64,000 bases of DNA from Oikopleura dioica (lineage: Eukaryota; Animalia; Chordata). This document shows positions 36,156-48,522 of this stretch, one piece after another (position 1 is the first letter of the stretch; each line of letters begins with the position of its first letter). The stretch covers positions 9,079,889-9,143,888 of the forward strand of contig OU015569.1 of NCBI GenBank assembly GCA_907165135.1, in the 5' to 3' direction. The notes under the pieces are model-generated. The model saw only the letters and a list, made by a program, of their open reading frames with translations. It did no database searches and had not been told where the DNA came from. The translations under genes were made by a program, and so were the position numbers.

Positions 36156-38896
36156 AAGCTCGGCATTTAGACAATGATAAATTTCCGTGCCTTTTTTCGT
36201 TATGTTCACTTTATAGATCAAAAGTTGGTCTAGACTAATTCACACGATTACTTGAGTCTAACTTATAAGCGAAAAAAATACTTAAAAACGATATTTTTAT
36301 GGATAGATTAACGAAATACTTTTCTTCGCTGATAACAGTCTCCCACTGTCCTTATCAATGCTCCATTCAAAAGCCCTACATTAATTATTTTATCTATTAT
36401 CACTGCGTATCAAGCGCCACTCACTACCAAATAAAATATTGAAAAACCTAAATTTGCATTAATAATTTATGCATTGATGAGGGCGTTATTTTTCACGCTA
36501 CAGCAGTAGGGCTTTTAAATTCCGTTTAGCAAAATCTCCGACGGGCTTTTTATGGGGCGAAATTTATTGCCATGATAGGGTAGCACGCCGCTTTAGAAGC
36601 ATTCTAAAGGGCGGTTGCAAAATTTTTTTGTTTGACATATTTTATTGGAGAATTCATTTTTCTCACAGACAAAAATCAGAACAGAAATTGTGAAATCTCT
36701 TCAAATTTTTGCACCATGCATTCAGAGCATGATATCAACAACAACATTTCGAAGTAGGGAATGAACCATCGTGCCTTGACTTTTAATAATAGCTTTCACG
36801 TTATATAAATCAAGCCAATCCGATAAGCCTATCGGATGATATACTACAATTTCCAGTATTCGACCTGGTTTCAGGGATCATGGTTGACCTTTGACCTGGT
36901 AGTCGCCAACTGGCTTTATGGAAATATCCCTATCCGTAAGTGTTTTCAAGTTGGACTTGCGCGGCCACTCTAGCATCTTGAAGATTATGCAGTTACTTTG
37001 TGGGTGCTACCTTCGCAGATAACTATAAGGTCAAGGATGTATACTTGTGGCAATTTTAATCTATCTTACTACTTTGCAAATTAGTAGAAGCCACTGTCGA
37101 AATGCGCTCAAAAACAGCTGACCTTGCAAGTTTAATCGTGCTGGTGAGTTATCTGTGTTGATACAATGTCTGTATGACCATCGAATCGGTCGGTCGGGGG
37201 ATGTATTCTGCTTTGCTAGGCGCTATCGCTCTCCATAGGAGGCAGCTCCAAACTCACCACTGCTGGCCAAGCGGCATTATTTAACGAAAGGGCTTCGACT
37301 TGCCAGGGCATTCCTATTTTTGGGAAACTGTTTTCAAGTTTTTGAGCTTCTCGTCTCGTTCAAGGGTGAGCAAAAGTGTTAAAACCAAGACCCGTACCCT
37401 ACCCCGTCCACTCTTTTTGCGTCTATTTCACTCTCCGCTACGAGTGATCCACTTAATTATTTGCATCGAGCAGAACATTGCCCAGCCCAGATTGGTAAAT
37501 ATTTAAGCCGGATTCAATTGATTTCCGACAACAAAAGCATCGGTGTACCCCGCTATTCTTTCACATAAAATACAGAGAAGATCCCCCTCGTCAGAAAATC
37601 ATGGAAGCCGAGAACCAACAGGTTTGATCATTTGAAATTTATGAACTTGCAAGTTATATTTAAAGGTAACCAGTTCTGTCACTGATGTTGCTAAGACCTC
37701 CGAGCCCCGTGTACCAATTATGGTGAGTTAAAAATAGCCAAACTTCGCGCAGTAAAATAATTCTGACGCGTTTGGAAGAATCTTTCTAACTTCCTTTTAG
37801 TCAAGTTATTGTCAACATCGAAACAAAGAAGGCCTCAGAAAACTCAACATCACTCTTGGCATGCGAACCATTGAATTTTGAGTTCCTTCTTTCTTTTTTG
37901 TTATATTCTGTTATCTGAGCTATTCTTTTAATTCATATTATTCAACAGCCTTCCTAAGAAACCAAAAAAATCGTTTCGCGACGCGTTACATTTTCGCATT
38001 CTACATTTTCATTGTGATTTTCTACTTCTTCCTTTCATACTTTCAATGCTTTCATCCTCGATTTAAATTTTACTTAATAAAATTCAAAAAAATCTACTCG
38101 GACTGATAATTCTTATGAAAAAGTTCAGGGAATTTCTTTTCCTTACTTTCAGCCTCTAATATTACATGTACATTAACGCCAGAACGCATAAAATTTTTTC
38201 AACGTCGAACGCAGATCGTACCAATTAATTGGTATTCCCCATTTACCCCTTTTTAACAATGAAACTGATTAGCTCACTGTATAAATGATACAGATTAATA
38301 ATTCTCAGACGCTTAGCTTCAATTTTATCCCCATACTATACCGATATCATTACATAAATATCAGTAAACATGCGAATTTCCAAATGTGTTGAAATGGCAC
38401 TGAAGGGCAATGTACCAATTAATTGGTCGCTGTGCGTTTCGGCGTTAAGTAGAATTTGTATATTTCTGATCTGAGAGGAAAAGACCTAATGTTCTCAAAA
38501 CATGATCATTCCAATTTTTTTTCTATCTGAAGGACATCAGAACTTATCAATACACAACAACTCTGATATGAATTCTTGATTGTCGGTTGAGAAGAGATGT
38601 CTCGCAGCAATCACAGTACTGATGTCATAGTCACTTGATAATATTGTCTTGACTTGTTGGGCCAAATCTATTTTCAGTCCTTCGAGGGCGACTATAAGAT
38701 TAGGTATTTTCTTAGTAGATTATAATACTTTATTAAATGATAGGTATTTTTCAGACGTAAGGCATGTATAAATGGTATGGGATTGAGCACTGGCGAGGAT
38801 CCCTCACGCATTTTTCTTGTGTTTCGTTCAGCAACCATCCATAAGGGCAAATACATCCTAAAGACATTATTTTAGAAAATAAGCAAACAAGGGAGA

Positions 38897-40589
38897 CTAA
38901 CCAGGGACGCAAGCATATTCATCACATTCACTGTTTATGCCCGTGTAGTAGGTTTCGCAAGTTATCCGACATTCTTGTTTGGGTCCACAGTCGACGAATA
39001 GCTCGTACTTGTTTTGGCAGCTAACAGCCTCTGCATAAGCTTCGGAATCGTCTTGTGAAGCAGATTTGTCGTCAACCGTCTGTTTGGCTATTTTTTCAGT
39101 TGTACTTTTTCCCGGAGAAAATAAATGTTCTTCTATGTTTTCATCGACCTCTGGAAGGCATGAAGGAGCATCTGGACGTGCTAATACTTCTTCGTATAAG
39201 CTCACTAGAATGGGTATCGCTGTGAAATCTCCAGTTGAAACTTTCACTGATAATGTTGTGACTTGCTCAATATCATCGATAGATATATTTTTGCGGGTAA
39301 AATTGCAAAAGTGTTGCTCAAGCCAATCAACAAGTTCCCACTTTGACAAAAACACTTTTACTTCGTTGAAATCGATGCTTTCAGCATTCCCAAAGTTGCT
39401 ATAGATATTGAAGAAGTCAGTAAACAGGCCAAATATATCCAGCGGAACGTTATTTTCCTGGACCATGTCTTCGCTGATTTCCGAAAAGTCGATTTCTTCG
39501 AGTATACACAACCCTGCAGTGCATTGTTCAACGCAATCAATATCTTTTTCGCAGCTTCTTTCACATAAAAACTGGCTGCTATAGGATAAAAAATCGATAG
39601 AGCAATTAAAGAGGATTCTTATGATATAAACTTTATAATATAAAGCTTTGACTATACACAATGGTAATAGTTATTTTTATCCGATGGCCAAACTGTGCGC
39701 AAGGATTGAAATCTGGAATACCTTCAGCCAAATTAGTGATGATTGTCTCGACCTTTGAAAATGATTCAAGGTCAAAGTTTTCATATTCGTATACTTCGTC
39801 CGTAGGGTTTCCTTCCAAAATATAATCTGTTGAATTTGCCATTGAATCTTGAGTATTTATATAGCAAGCAGTGTCGTTAGGACGTCTGAGAATATCATCA
39901 TAAAAACTGCTGAGCTCACTTATAGCTGCAAAATCGCCTGTTGACACTTTCAAAGAGAGATTAGTTGCTCGCTCAACATCATCAAGTGTAATTCGCTTGC
40001 CAATATGATTACAGAAATGCTCTTCGAGCCAGGCTCGGAGATCCCACTTGGTAATAAACGCTCGTATCCACTCGAAAGAAAAGTCAGTCAGGTTTTCGAA
40101 TCTGCTAAAGACTTCGTTTAGCTCCGTAAAGAGTGTGAATATTTCAACAGGGACTCGATTTTCTACTACGAGCTCTTCTGTAATATCTTCAAAGGCTTCG
40201 ATTTCTCGAAGAGCACAAAGTCCATTGATGCAATCTTGAAAACATTGTTCTTCTCTCAGGCAACTTCGATCACATAAGAAGTGACCAAAGTTCTCACAGG
40301 GATCGAAATCCGGGATACCTTCTACCAAGGAAGAAATAATTTCGCCAATATCCGCAAATTTATCAAAATACCCAGGTTGGAAATATTCTTCATAGCCATT
40401 ACCGGAATAATTGCCAGGTGCGCTAGAGCTGCTATCATTAAAATAACCGTAGTGAATAGAATCAGTCGCATTGTAAAGTTCATCGACGGAGGGGAGAATT
40501 TGGATAGGACTGATACTGTCTGTTCGGTTACTTAGTTGAATTAGGGGCAAGAGAAGACCCTCAACAGTGGCTGTATCATTTGCCGACAA
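38897..40589 (-). CDS. Secreted cysteine-containing protein with an internal tandem duplication of a ~190-aa module of unknown family; C-terminus TIL-like
   Basis: ORFs 39633-40589 and 38897-39661 (frame change near 39640) each contain 'FG H FLC.RSC..E.C.Q.C..GLC.L.EI...EI.E..V.EN.VP..IF.LFT......F.N......F.......KW.L..WLE.HFCN......I..DD.E..T.LS.KVSTGDF.AI..L.S.Y...L.RP....C'. The 3' end is 'CQNKYELFVDCGPKQECRITCETYYTGINSECDEYACVPG'. Confidence 0.45.
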
Positions 40590-40993
40590 GTTCTCGAGCT
40601 AAGACAGGGATTTTCTGCGCCACATACGGTATGTGACATTTACATTAAAAATCCTGTTCCTGATCTAAAAGATTGAAAGCCTCGGTAATATCTGAGTCGT
40701 TGCTTATCGTCGTAATAAACTCAAATAATGACTGCAGATTTTCGGTGGCATTGTCTCTATCAGATACACTCTCAACGCCAGTTAAACATTCCTGAAATCA
40801 ATTTAATGGAATTCATAGTTAATAAATGCACCTCATAAGAAACACATTTGCCTTGATTATTTTGATATAGCCCGGCATTGCATTGACAGCCAGCGCTGCA
40901 CTCCAATGTATAAAATTCTTCTTTCTGGAAATCTTCAGATATTAAACCGTCACAATACTTTTGCGTCTTTTTCGGGATATTTTGAAACGAGAG

Positions 40994-42725
40994 TTATTTT
41001 TGTTTCTTTATTAATATTTTCAAACACGTGGTAATTGCTATCCTCGCCTTGCATTCTGACCAAGACCTGTTCTCTTCGCAGACAGTGACTAAATTGGGAA
41101 CACGATTACAGGATTCCACAGGGACACACGTTCCATCAATATGTTGACGGACAAATCCTTCGTTGCAAAAACAACCTTCATTGCATCCAAAATTACAAAT
41201 AACAGGATATTCGTTGAGGATCGAGTCACATGTATCCTCACAGTTTGTTCCACAAGTATTATAAGATGAATTTTCGGGACATTCGGGAGAGCTAAGTCGG
41301 CATTGGTCTGTTGGTGGCTTATAATCTCGAGAACATCTCATGATTTTTATAAAATTCAAGCCCACTCTTTAGGAATGCAGTTTTCATTCTCGTCCAGAAC
41401 AAAGCCGTTGTCGCACTGGCAAGATGGATTGCAACCAAAATTACACATCAATGGATTCCCAGACAGATACGATTCACAAGTTTCGGGGCAGTTTGTTCCG
41501 CATTCGTTAAAACTTGAGTATTTTGGACATTCAGGCGTGCTCCGTCTGCATTCATCTTCAATTGGTTTCAACCTCAAGATTAAATACAAGTTAAATTCTT
41601 GATTGAAACCATTCCTTGCTTTATACAGTTGTTATTCTCGTCAAGAACAAAGCCTTGATCACATTGACACGATGGATTACAGCCGAAATTACACATAACT
41701 GGGAGACCAGAGAGAAAAGTATCGCACGTTTGCGGACAGTTTGTGCCACATTCATTGAAAGTCGAATTGGGCGGGCATTTTGGGTTCGTTTTGAAGCATA
41801 GATCTTTGATTAGGTCTTAATAAAAGGGAAGAACTAAAATACTCTCTTGAAATATAACCATGTCCTTTTTCAATGCATTCGCCATTTGAGTCCAAAACAT
41901 AACCTTCAATACACTCGCAGGACGGATTGCAGCTCAGCGCGCATAAAACTGGAGCGCGAGAGGTTTCGCATGTCTCTGGACAATGAGAACCACACTCATT
42001 ATAAACTGAGTTCATAGGACAATGAATACGTGGTTTGCAATTAAACTCAGAAATACAGATTCCATTTTCGTTGCGGACAAAACCGGCTCTGCACGTACAT
42101 GCAGGCTCTGCGCATATTTTTGGGCATTCCATGAGTGGCTGTTCGCATGTTCCTTCGCACAAGTTGCCACATACATTCCAGAATTCATTCTTAGGGCACT
42201 CGGGCGACACAGTGATCGATTCCTTCTGACATGTCTCCGAACTGACACAATTTCCGAGATGGTTGCGAACGTAATTCTTTGCACAGGCGCATGCGTCCTC
42301 AGCGCAGATTCTCGAGCACTCCTTTTGGGGCTGCTCACAAGTTCCATCGCATAAATTCCCACACTCATTCCAAACCTCGTTTTCAGGACACTCTGGTTGC
42401 GCGATGATCTTTCTTGGACAGTACTGTGCCTCTAGACAGCGCCCAGTACTCAGATCTCGAAGGAGACCTCCTGAACATTGACATCGCTGATGGCATTGAC
42501 GATCGCATAAAAGAGTTCAAAAATAACTGTTCTTACTAAAGAATACTGCAGGAATTATATTTACGGGGGCATGTTTTGAACTCCTTGTCAATAATATTCA
42601 TGAGTTCCTTCGCAATTCGGCTCACAATCTTTATTAACAGCGCAGTAATTCCACTCTTCGCCTTTTGGACATCTGGAGACTGATGCTACACTCAAATTGA
42701 GTAGAACAGAAATATAAGCTTCTCT
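40994..42725 (-). CDS. Multi-TIL-domain (trypsin-inhibitor-like Cys-rich) secreted protein, >=7 TIL modules on one exon each, with an N-terminal signal peptide
   Basis: Minus-strand start 'MREAYISVLLNLSVASVSRCPKGEEWNYCAVNKDCEPNCEG' (~42725). TIL repeats include 'ECPENEVWNECGNLCDGTCEQPQKECSRICAEDACACAKNYVRN', 'CPKNEFWNVCGNLCEGTCEQPLMECPKICAEPACTCRAGFVRNENGIC', 'CPMNSVYNECGSHCPETCETSRAPVLCALSCNPSCECIEGYVLDSNGEC' and 'CPPNSTFNECGTNCPQTCDTFLSGLPVMCNFGCNPSCQCDQGFVLDENNNC'. Two more are 'CPKYSSFNECGTNCPETCESYLSGNPLMCNFGCNPSCQCDNGFVLDENENC' and 'CPENSSYNTCGTNCEDTCDSILNEYPVICNFGCNEGCFCNEGFVRQHIDGTC'. All have the 10-Cys TIL spacing. Introns of ~29 bp were seen between modules. Confidence 0.7.
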
Positions 42726-43435
42726 CATTACGGACCGTAACTGAAGCGTCCAGCCGCGCTCTTCTGCGACCTACTTTTTTTCTTATCTGATACAAGAAGT
42801 AGACTCCTCCTCGCCTTGGGGCCAAATGGTGCATCCCTTATCTACACAGTGTGTAGTACACACTACGTAAGGAGTCGCCAGAGACGATTTTTCACCTTCT
42901 TTGGACGGGCATTCCGAACGGAAGGGGAAGCATGTCTCCGAGAAATTTTCGATAATTGATTTTAGCAACGTTATCCGATGACTGCGTTCTTTCGCTTCTT
43001 AGAAATACGCATTTCTATCAAATAGGTCCATAAAAAATTTTTAATATGGTTTGGAATTACGGAGTCATTGTGGTGAAAAGTAAAATTAGTTGTGAGTGAA
43101 TTTAAGGTCTTCTCGCAACTTTCATGTTTTTTGGCCAAACAAAGCCTGCGAGGGCTGCGACGAAACCTTGCAAATAAATATTTGTAGGAGTTATATATTT
43201 ATTCATAACAATAAAATGACGGAAGAGAAATAAAAGGCATTTCAGAGCTTGGTAAACGTCGCCTCCGGGCGATTGATTTATTCAGCTTACTCACAGACGG
43301 GCTCCCCATTTTATATTTCTTTTTTCCTTTCTCTGAGTCAGTCTATTGAAGCAGCAAGTGTAGGCCTCTTCTCTTCACTACAATGAGCCTAACATACCAG
43401 TAGCCACTGAGCAGAGCTTTCAACTAATCCACAGC

Positions 43436-45310
43436 ATGGTCAACTTCAAGAAGACAGTGCGAAAATTATGCTTCTGTTGTGGAAAGAGAAAATATGAAAC
43501 AAAATCACCAGAAGAAGACACTCGAGATTATGGAGGTAAGAGAAAACTTCTTTCAGCTATACTTTGAGACTTATAGGTAGTTTTTCTTACAAAATCAATC
43601 ATCTTCAGAATCTTGTTAATATTTTTTATTTCTATTAAATTACCAATATGTATTTAATAATTATGAATAATAATTAGGAATTGCTGTTTCGGAATTTAAT
43701 TCGCAGAAATAGGAGTTAGAATTTGATGAAAACGACGTTTGAATAGCCCAAGTTCACAATGAACTTTTTAAATAAGTGAGCGTTCCTAGGTGGAATCGAA
43801 AACGTCGCGTATGAGAAGGAAAATACGTTAGAAGTGGCGAAGTCGCGCAATATTCCTGAGCAAAAACTGGCGAATGTGATTCAGACGCACGACTTTTTGG
43901 AGCACTACAAGGATATGATTAGCTACGAAGATATAAGTCGAGAATACGAAGAACTGAAGAATTGTTTTCGAACTGAAGTCGTGAGTCGAGTAGCTCAACT
44001 GCCTGGAAACCGCGGCAAGAACAGATACATGAACGTCCTCGCAAATGAAGCTACCAGAGTGAAGCTGACTGGATCTTACATCAACGCAAATTACATCGAA
44101 ATCAAGTCGCAAGCAAGGGACTATATTGCTACACAAGGTTAGTCACATTTTCAAGCACGTTCCGTCTCGAGTAACAAGAATTCAATCCTCGTGAAACATT
44201 TCTGGCCCTGTAAAAATTTTGTAATTCATTCTTTCGTGCGTAAAATTCAACGACTTTGATATGGAAACTCTGAAATTTATAATAGGACCGCTTCCTGGTA
44301 CAAAAGCCGACTTCTGGAACATGATATGGGCAGAGAAATCCCTTGTTATTGTGATGCTCGTGCAGCTTGTTGAAAACGGCAGGATCAAATGTGATCAGTA
44401 CTGGCCATTTGACGAGAAGAAAGAAACCGTTTCCGATACCCTTGAAGTAGAGAAAACGGAGGAAAATATACTCCCGCTCTGGACGGAAAGGACATTTTAT
44501 TTGTCAAATGGAACAGACACACGTAAAATTCGCCATTATCAGTTCACGAGTTGGAGCTCTACTTCCGATACCCTGCCTAATATTGGGGATTTGGTGGCTT
44601 TTATAAAGCATGTGAGGTAATTTTTAACCAAGAGGATCGAACGTGCGTGATTTTAATTCTCAGAAAGTAAGAGCAAATTTACTTTTCGCTAAATAGGATA
44701 ATTGATTCATTTTGAATCATATGAGTTCACATGCACTACGCGTATGTCGTATGAAGAGTGCATGATGTTATTCATAAATTACTTAATTTGATGATGTTGA
44801 GAATCTAGCATTTCGTGAGCGGTGCCTGGAATTAGATAAGTTGTCCTTGACCTTTTGGCGGCATTTATTACTCGAGTGTAAAGTTTATCTAGGTCAGATT
44901 TACCGTTGGAAGATATTGGGCCGATGGTGGTCCATTGCTCTGATGGAAGCGCAAAAACCGGACTTTTCATTGCTCTTGACCAGATGCTGCGAGATCTAAC
45001 AGAAGAAAGCTTCGTAAACGTCTTAGGAATGGTTTATCAAATGAAGAAGTGCCGCCAGAGCCTAATAAACTCAGAGGTAAACTCGATAATTAACGAGCAT
45101 CTAGTAACGAGTTTAGTCCCAATATAAGCTGATATATGACTCTGTCCGTGACAGTTTGCTCGGAAAATTCGACGAAACAGACGCCATCTCAGATGGAATC
45201 AAGACGTCTCTTTCGGTTGAAAATCTGAACGAAGAAGAACCCCACAAACCGGTAGAACAAAGTCAAAATGAACAGTGGACTTATGACTTTTAAGTACGTG
45301 AATCCCGCAC
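43436..45310 (+). CDS. Protein-tyrosine-phosphatase-domain protein with degenerate catalytic motifs (probable pseudophosphatase)
   Basis: Exon 1 'MVNFKKTVRKLCFCCGKRKYETKSPEEDTRDYG|gtaaga' (43436-43536). PTP motifs 'NRGKNRYMNVLANEATRVKL', 'YINANYI', 'DYIATQG' and 'KADFWNMIWAEKSLVIVMLVQLVENGRIKCDQYWP'. The WPD-loop position reads 'FTSWSSTSDTLP' and the P-loop reads 'VHCSDGSAKTG' instead of VHCSAGVGRTG. Confidence 0.7.
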
Positions 45311-45779
45311 TTATGGATGACAGTTCAAGCGATAGTTCCGGCTCACTCACAGATTCAGATGAGGAGCTGCCCACTATTCGACCAAATACAATGAAAGCGA
45401 CAGTAAGATTACTATTAGCTGATTAGACGTGACATCTTCATTCTAGGACATCGCAATCAACGACAATTCATCTTCCTCCGGCTCCGAGCCTTTCAATGAC
45501 TAACACAAAAGAATTTCCCAACATCCCGCCAAGTCTTCATAACTTTGTACTTACACAAACTCACCACTACTTACCTTTCAGTATCAGATACTTCCCTCGA
45601 GAGATTGTTAAGACGCAGTATTTATTTCCCTTTATTCTTTTAAATAAATTAGTACTCGTCTCAGTTCTGACAACGAGTATTCACATTTCGAGAAAATAAG
45701 CACTTCAAGTCGAGTATTTTTGGTAGATATGTATTTGCAGGAATAATTGTAATTTTTAATAAAGTGCGAATCTTCGTGG

Positions 45780-46330
45780 TTTTATTCAGGTCTTCTTCGC
45801 GCCATCGCCTTTGCTGAAAGAAGGATTGTAAATCTTGAATTACGATGCTTTAAATTAATCTATATTTCTTTATGAAATTACCATCGAGATAACCATTTTT
45901 CGATTTTTTCATCGCTTAATTGTATGTGCTCCTCAGTATTTGTTTCTGTGCTTTTCGCAGTCAAAAGATTTTCTTCTATGTCTTTTTTGTCTTTGCGATG
46001 TTTTATAAAAGCAGAATCGCACACATAGTCCCAAAAATAATAAAAAGAATGAAACACTCCTGAAATGGTTTGGGCGAGAATTTCTTTAGCTTTTTTCTGT
46101 TCTTCTTCTTCTTTTAATTTCTTGTCTACTAATCTATGAAATCAATGGATTAAGGATTCGCCTAAAAATGAGGACTTACTCTTCCCATCCGTCCAAATAA
46201 GGTATTATACCGAGTCTCTTTGCTTCATGCCGTTTTTTAGCAGTTCTCTGAAAGAGTTGCAGGACCCGTTCGACCTTCTCTTTTCTCGGATGAACTCTAT
46301 GGAAATGCTTTCTCTCAGGCTTCATTGCCT
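45780..46330 (-). CDS. Unknown small multi-exon gene
   Basis: Minus exons 'MKPERKHFHRVHPRKEKVERVLQLFQRTAKKRHEAKRLGIIPYLDGWEE' (~46180-46325) and 'VDKKLKEEEEQKKAKEILAQTISGVFHSFYYFWDYVCDSAFIKHRKDKKDIEENLL...' (~45800-46135). Confidence 0.3.
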
Positions 46331-47159
46331 GTAACTTCTATTTCAAAGTGAACTAATCTTTCAAAAAATTCAACAACATTCTACGTATTCTAGAATCTAA
46401 ACCATCAAAATGAAAATGATGATAAAACTGGTGGTAAATTGCATGGATTAAATCATCGAAGTAAATTTCGAAAGCGAAAACGTAAGCTTCGACGTGTTTT
46501 TCTCAGGTCACATTTCCGAACAACGCTTGAAATCAATAAATTCCGATTAACGTTATTTTGAACGTGGGGGGTGCACTCCAAGTGCCCCTGTTCAAGCTGG
46601 AAAGTTTTCTAAGAAACAACGTAAGGTAACCAGATTTCGCGAGCAGCTTGTCACGCTGGAACGCGAGGGGCGTCATCTGAAGCTTATCACCTAATTGTCA
46701 GCCTAAGATCGTTTAAAAGTATTGTAATTCGAAGATTGGCCTCCGCGCGGCTTTTTGTTAATTATAGCACATGTCAAATCAGAGTACTTAATGAAGAGGA
46801 GAGAAGCAACAAATTTCAATCAGAGAGTAGCTATCAATTTCTTGGAATCTTGGTAAGCCACAAACAGAAGAAACAAAAGAAAAACATTTATGGGCGTACC
46901 CACTTTTTTGTGTCTAACTAATCTCATCATGTATTGGACAAAGGGGCGGAGAAACTGTCTCATGAATCCTAAGCATTTCCGCCAGTATTAATTATGGAGG
47001 GAAATCAAAGAAGAGAAGTTCTGACTTGTTTCTAGATTCAGCTTTGGTCAATCATTTGCGTAGAGATTCACAATAAAGCTTTATGTCCCACACGACACCT
47101 TTTATATACGACTTTATCGCCGGTTATTTTGGTGGGCACGTAGGGATCGTTAGAAACTT

Positions 47160-48522
47160 CTTTTACAATAGCTGATTCCATTATGCAACAGTTTCGATCC
47201 CAATCCAAGTGTCTGTGGCGTTATCGTTGGACATCCGTTCGACACAGTTAAAATCCGACTACAAACGCGTGGTCATTTGTACAAATCGGGAAGGGTTTTT
47301 CAGTCCATCTTCTTTCTATAAAATGGCATTCACGATGAAAAACCAGATGATTGGGTGTTGATGCCTGCCGAGCAATTATAAAGAGCGAGGGCTCACGTGC
47401 ACTTTTTAAAGGCGTTATTCCACCATGCGTCGGTGTTGGTGCCATCAACGCAATCATTTTCGGCGTCGAGGGCGAAGGTATGCGCTATCTTCAAGAGGAG
47501 ACTCCCATCAACCACATGATCGCAGGTATATTGTCAAAGTAAACCTTCCAAATACTGTGATTCAAGGGACAATTGCCGGCGGTGTTCAGTGTCTGGTTAC
47601 TGGACCAATGGAACTTGTAAAGACGCAAATGCAGGTGACTGGAATCGGGGACGCGTCTGTGAAGCCTTCCCTGTTGAATACAGCGCGCGAGATCTACAGA
47701 AACGACGGGCTTAAGTAATTAAAAAATATATGTCCTATAGCCGGATTTAAACCTTCCCGTCATCGTTGAATGGGCGGGATTATCAAAATTTCTTTTATTC
47801 CAAAGAAGAAGAGATAAAGGCCAAGTTAATTTCTATTGCTTAGAATCGCCTCTTATGAATAAATTGATGCGGGACTTTTATTGCTAAAATAAGTTCTGAG
47901 ATTGTGTTTGCGTTTCTTGCATAAATTTATTCACGCCGATATCTCATTCAGCGAGATATCTATAAATATTTCATTTAATATGACTATGAATTTATAAACC
48001 CTTCTTTATGAAAATATTAAGAGGGTTCGGACGAGGTCTTGGGACAACATTGTGCCGCGAGCTTCCTGCCTTTGCCTGCTACTTCGGCAGTTACGACGCC
48101 CTCCTCAAAATCACCAATTATAGCCCTTCAGATGACCATGCTACGGCAAAGGTACATTTCCAATCTCGTTATGACCCTCCCACGCTTCGCCTGGAGTAAT
48201 CTTTTCGAGTAATTCCTTCTGAATTTATTTAATATCAACCGTAAAAAATGAAGTTTAGATTCTCGTCTCTGGCGGTCTAGCTGGCGTTAACTCTTGGGTT
48301 CTGACGTATCCAGTTGACCAAGTCAAGTCCAAGTTACAGGCCGATCAAACAAACCGTTTCTCCGGGCCAAGTGACTGCATAAAACAGACGATGCTAGAAG
48401 AAGGCATCCGTGGTTTTTATCGAGGAATTTCTACCGCAGTAGTGCGCGCCTTCGTCGTCAATGCGGCTACCTTCGGCGGCGTTAACTACATGATGAACAT
48501 TTTGCTGAGCCAAACGTCTTGA
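47160..48522 (+). CDS. Mitochondrial carrier family (SLC25) protein, multi-exon
   Basis: 'GVDACRAIIKSEGSRALFKGVIPPCVGVGAINAIIFGVEGE' and 'NTVIQGTIAGGVQCLVTGPMELVKTQMQV..REIYRNDGLK'. Also 'RGFGRGLGTTLCRELPAFACYFGSYD' and 'SGGLAGVNSWVLTYPVDQVKSKLQAD...GFYRGISTAVVRAFVVNAATFGGVNYMMNILLSQTS*' (P-x-D/E-x-x-K/R carrier signatures). Confidence 0.7.

Noticed and set aside
40589-40994. Possible extra TIL-like exon and linker between the TIL gene and the duplicated-module ORF ('CDGLISEDFQKEEFYTLECSAGCQCNAGLYQNNQGKCVS', ~40840-40960)
   Set aside because: The Cys spacing is incomplete and I could not derive consistent splice phases. It is left unannotated, but it suggests 38897-42725 may be one transcription unit.
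42012-42368. ORFs 42012-42368 (-), 42022-42354 (+) and 42035-42229 (+) over the TIL exons
   Set aside because: They are wrong-frame or antisense readings of Cys-codon-rich TIL exons. The TIL frame has the canonical 10-Cys pattern and splices consistently.
46500-46700. A candidate small structured RNA ('aacgtggggggtgcactccaagtgcccctgttcaagctggaaag')
   Set aside because: It has local stem potential only and resembles no snRNA, SRP, RNase P or other ncRNA I can recall. It cannot be supported.
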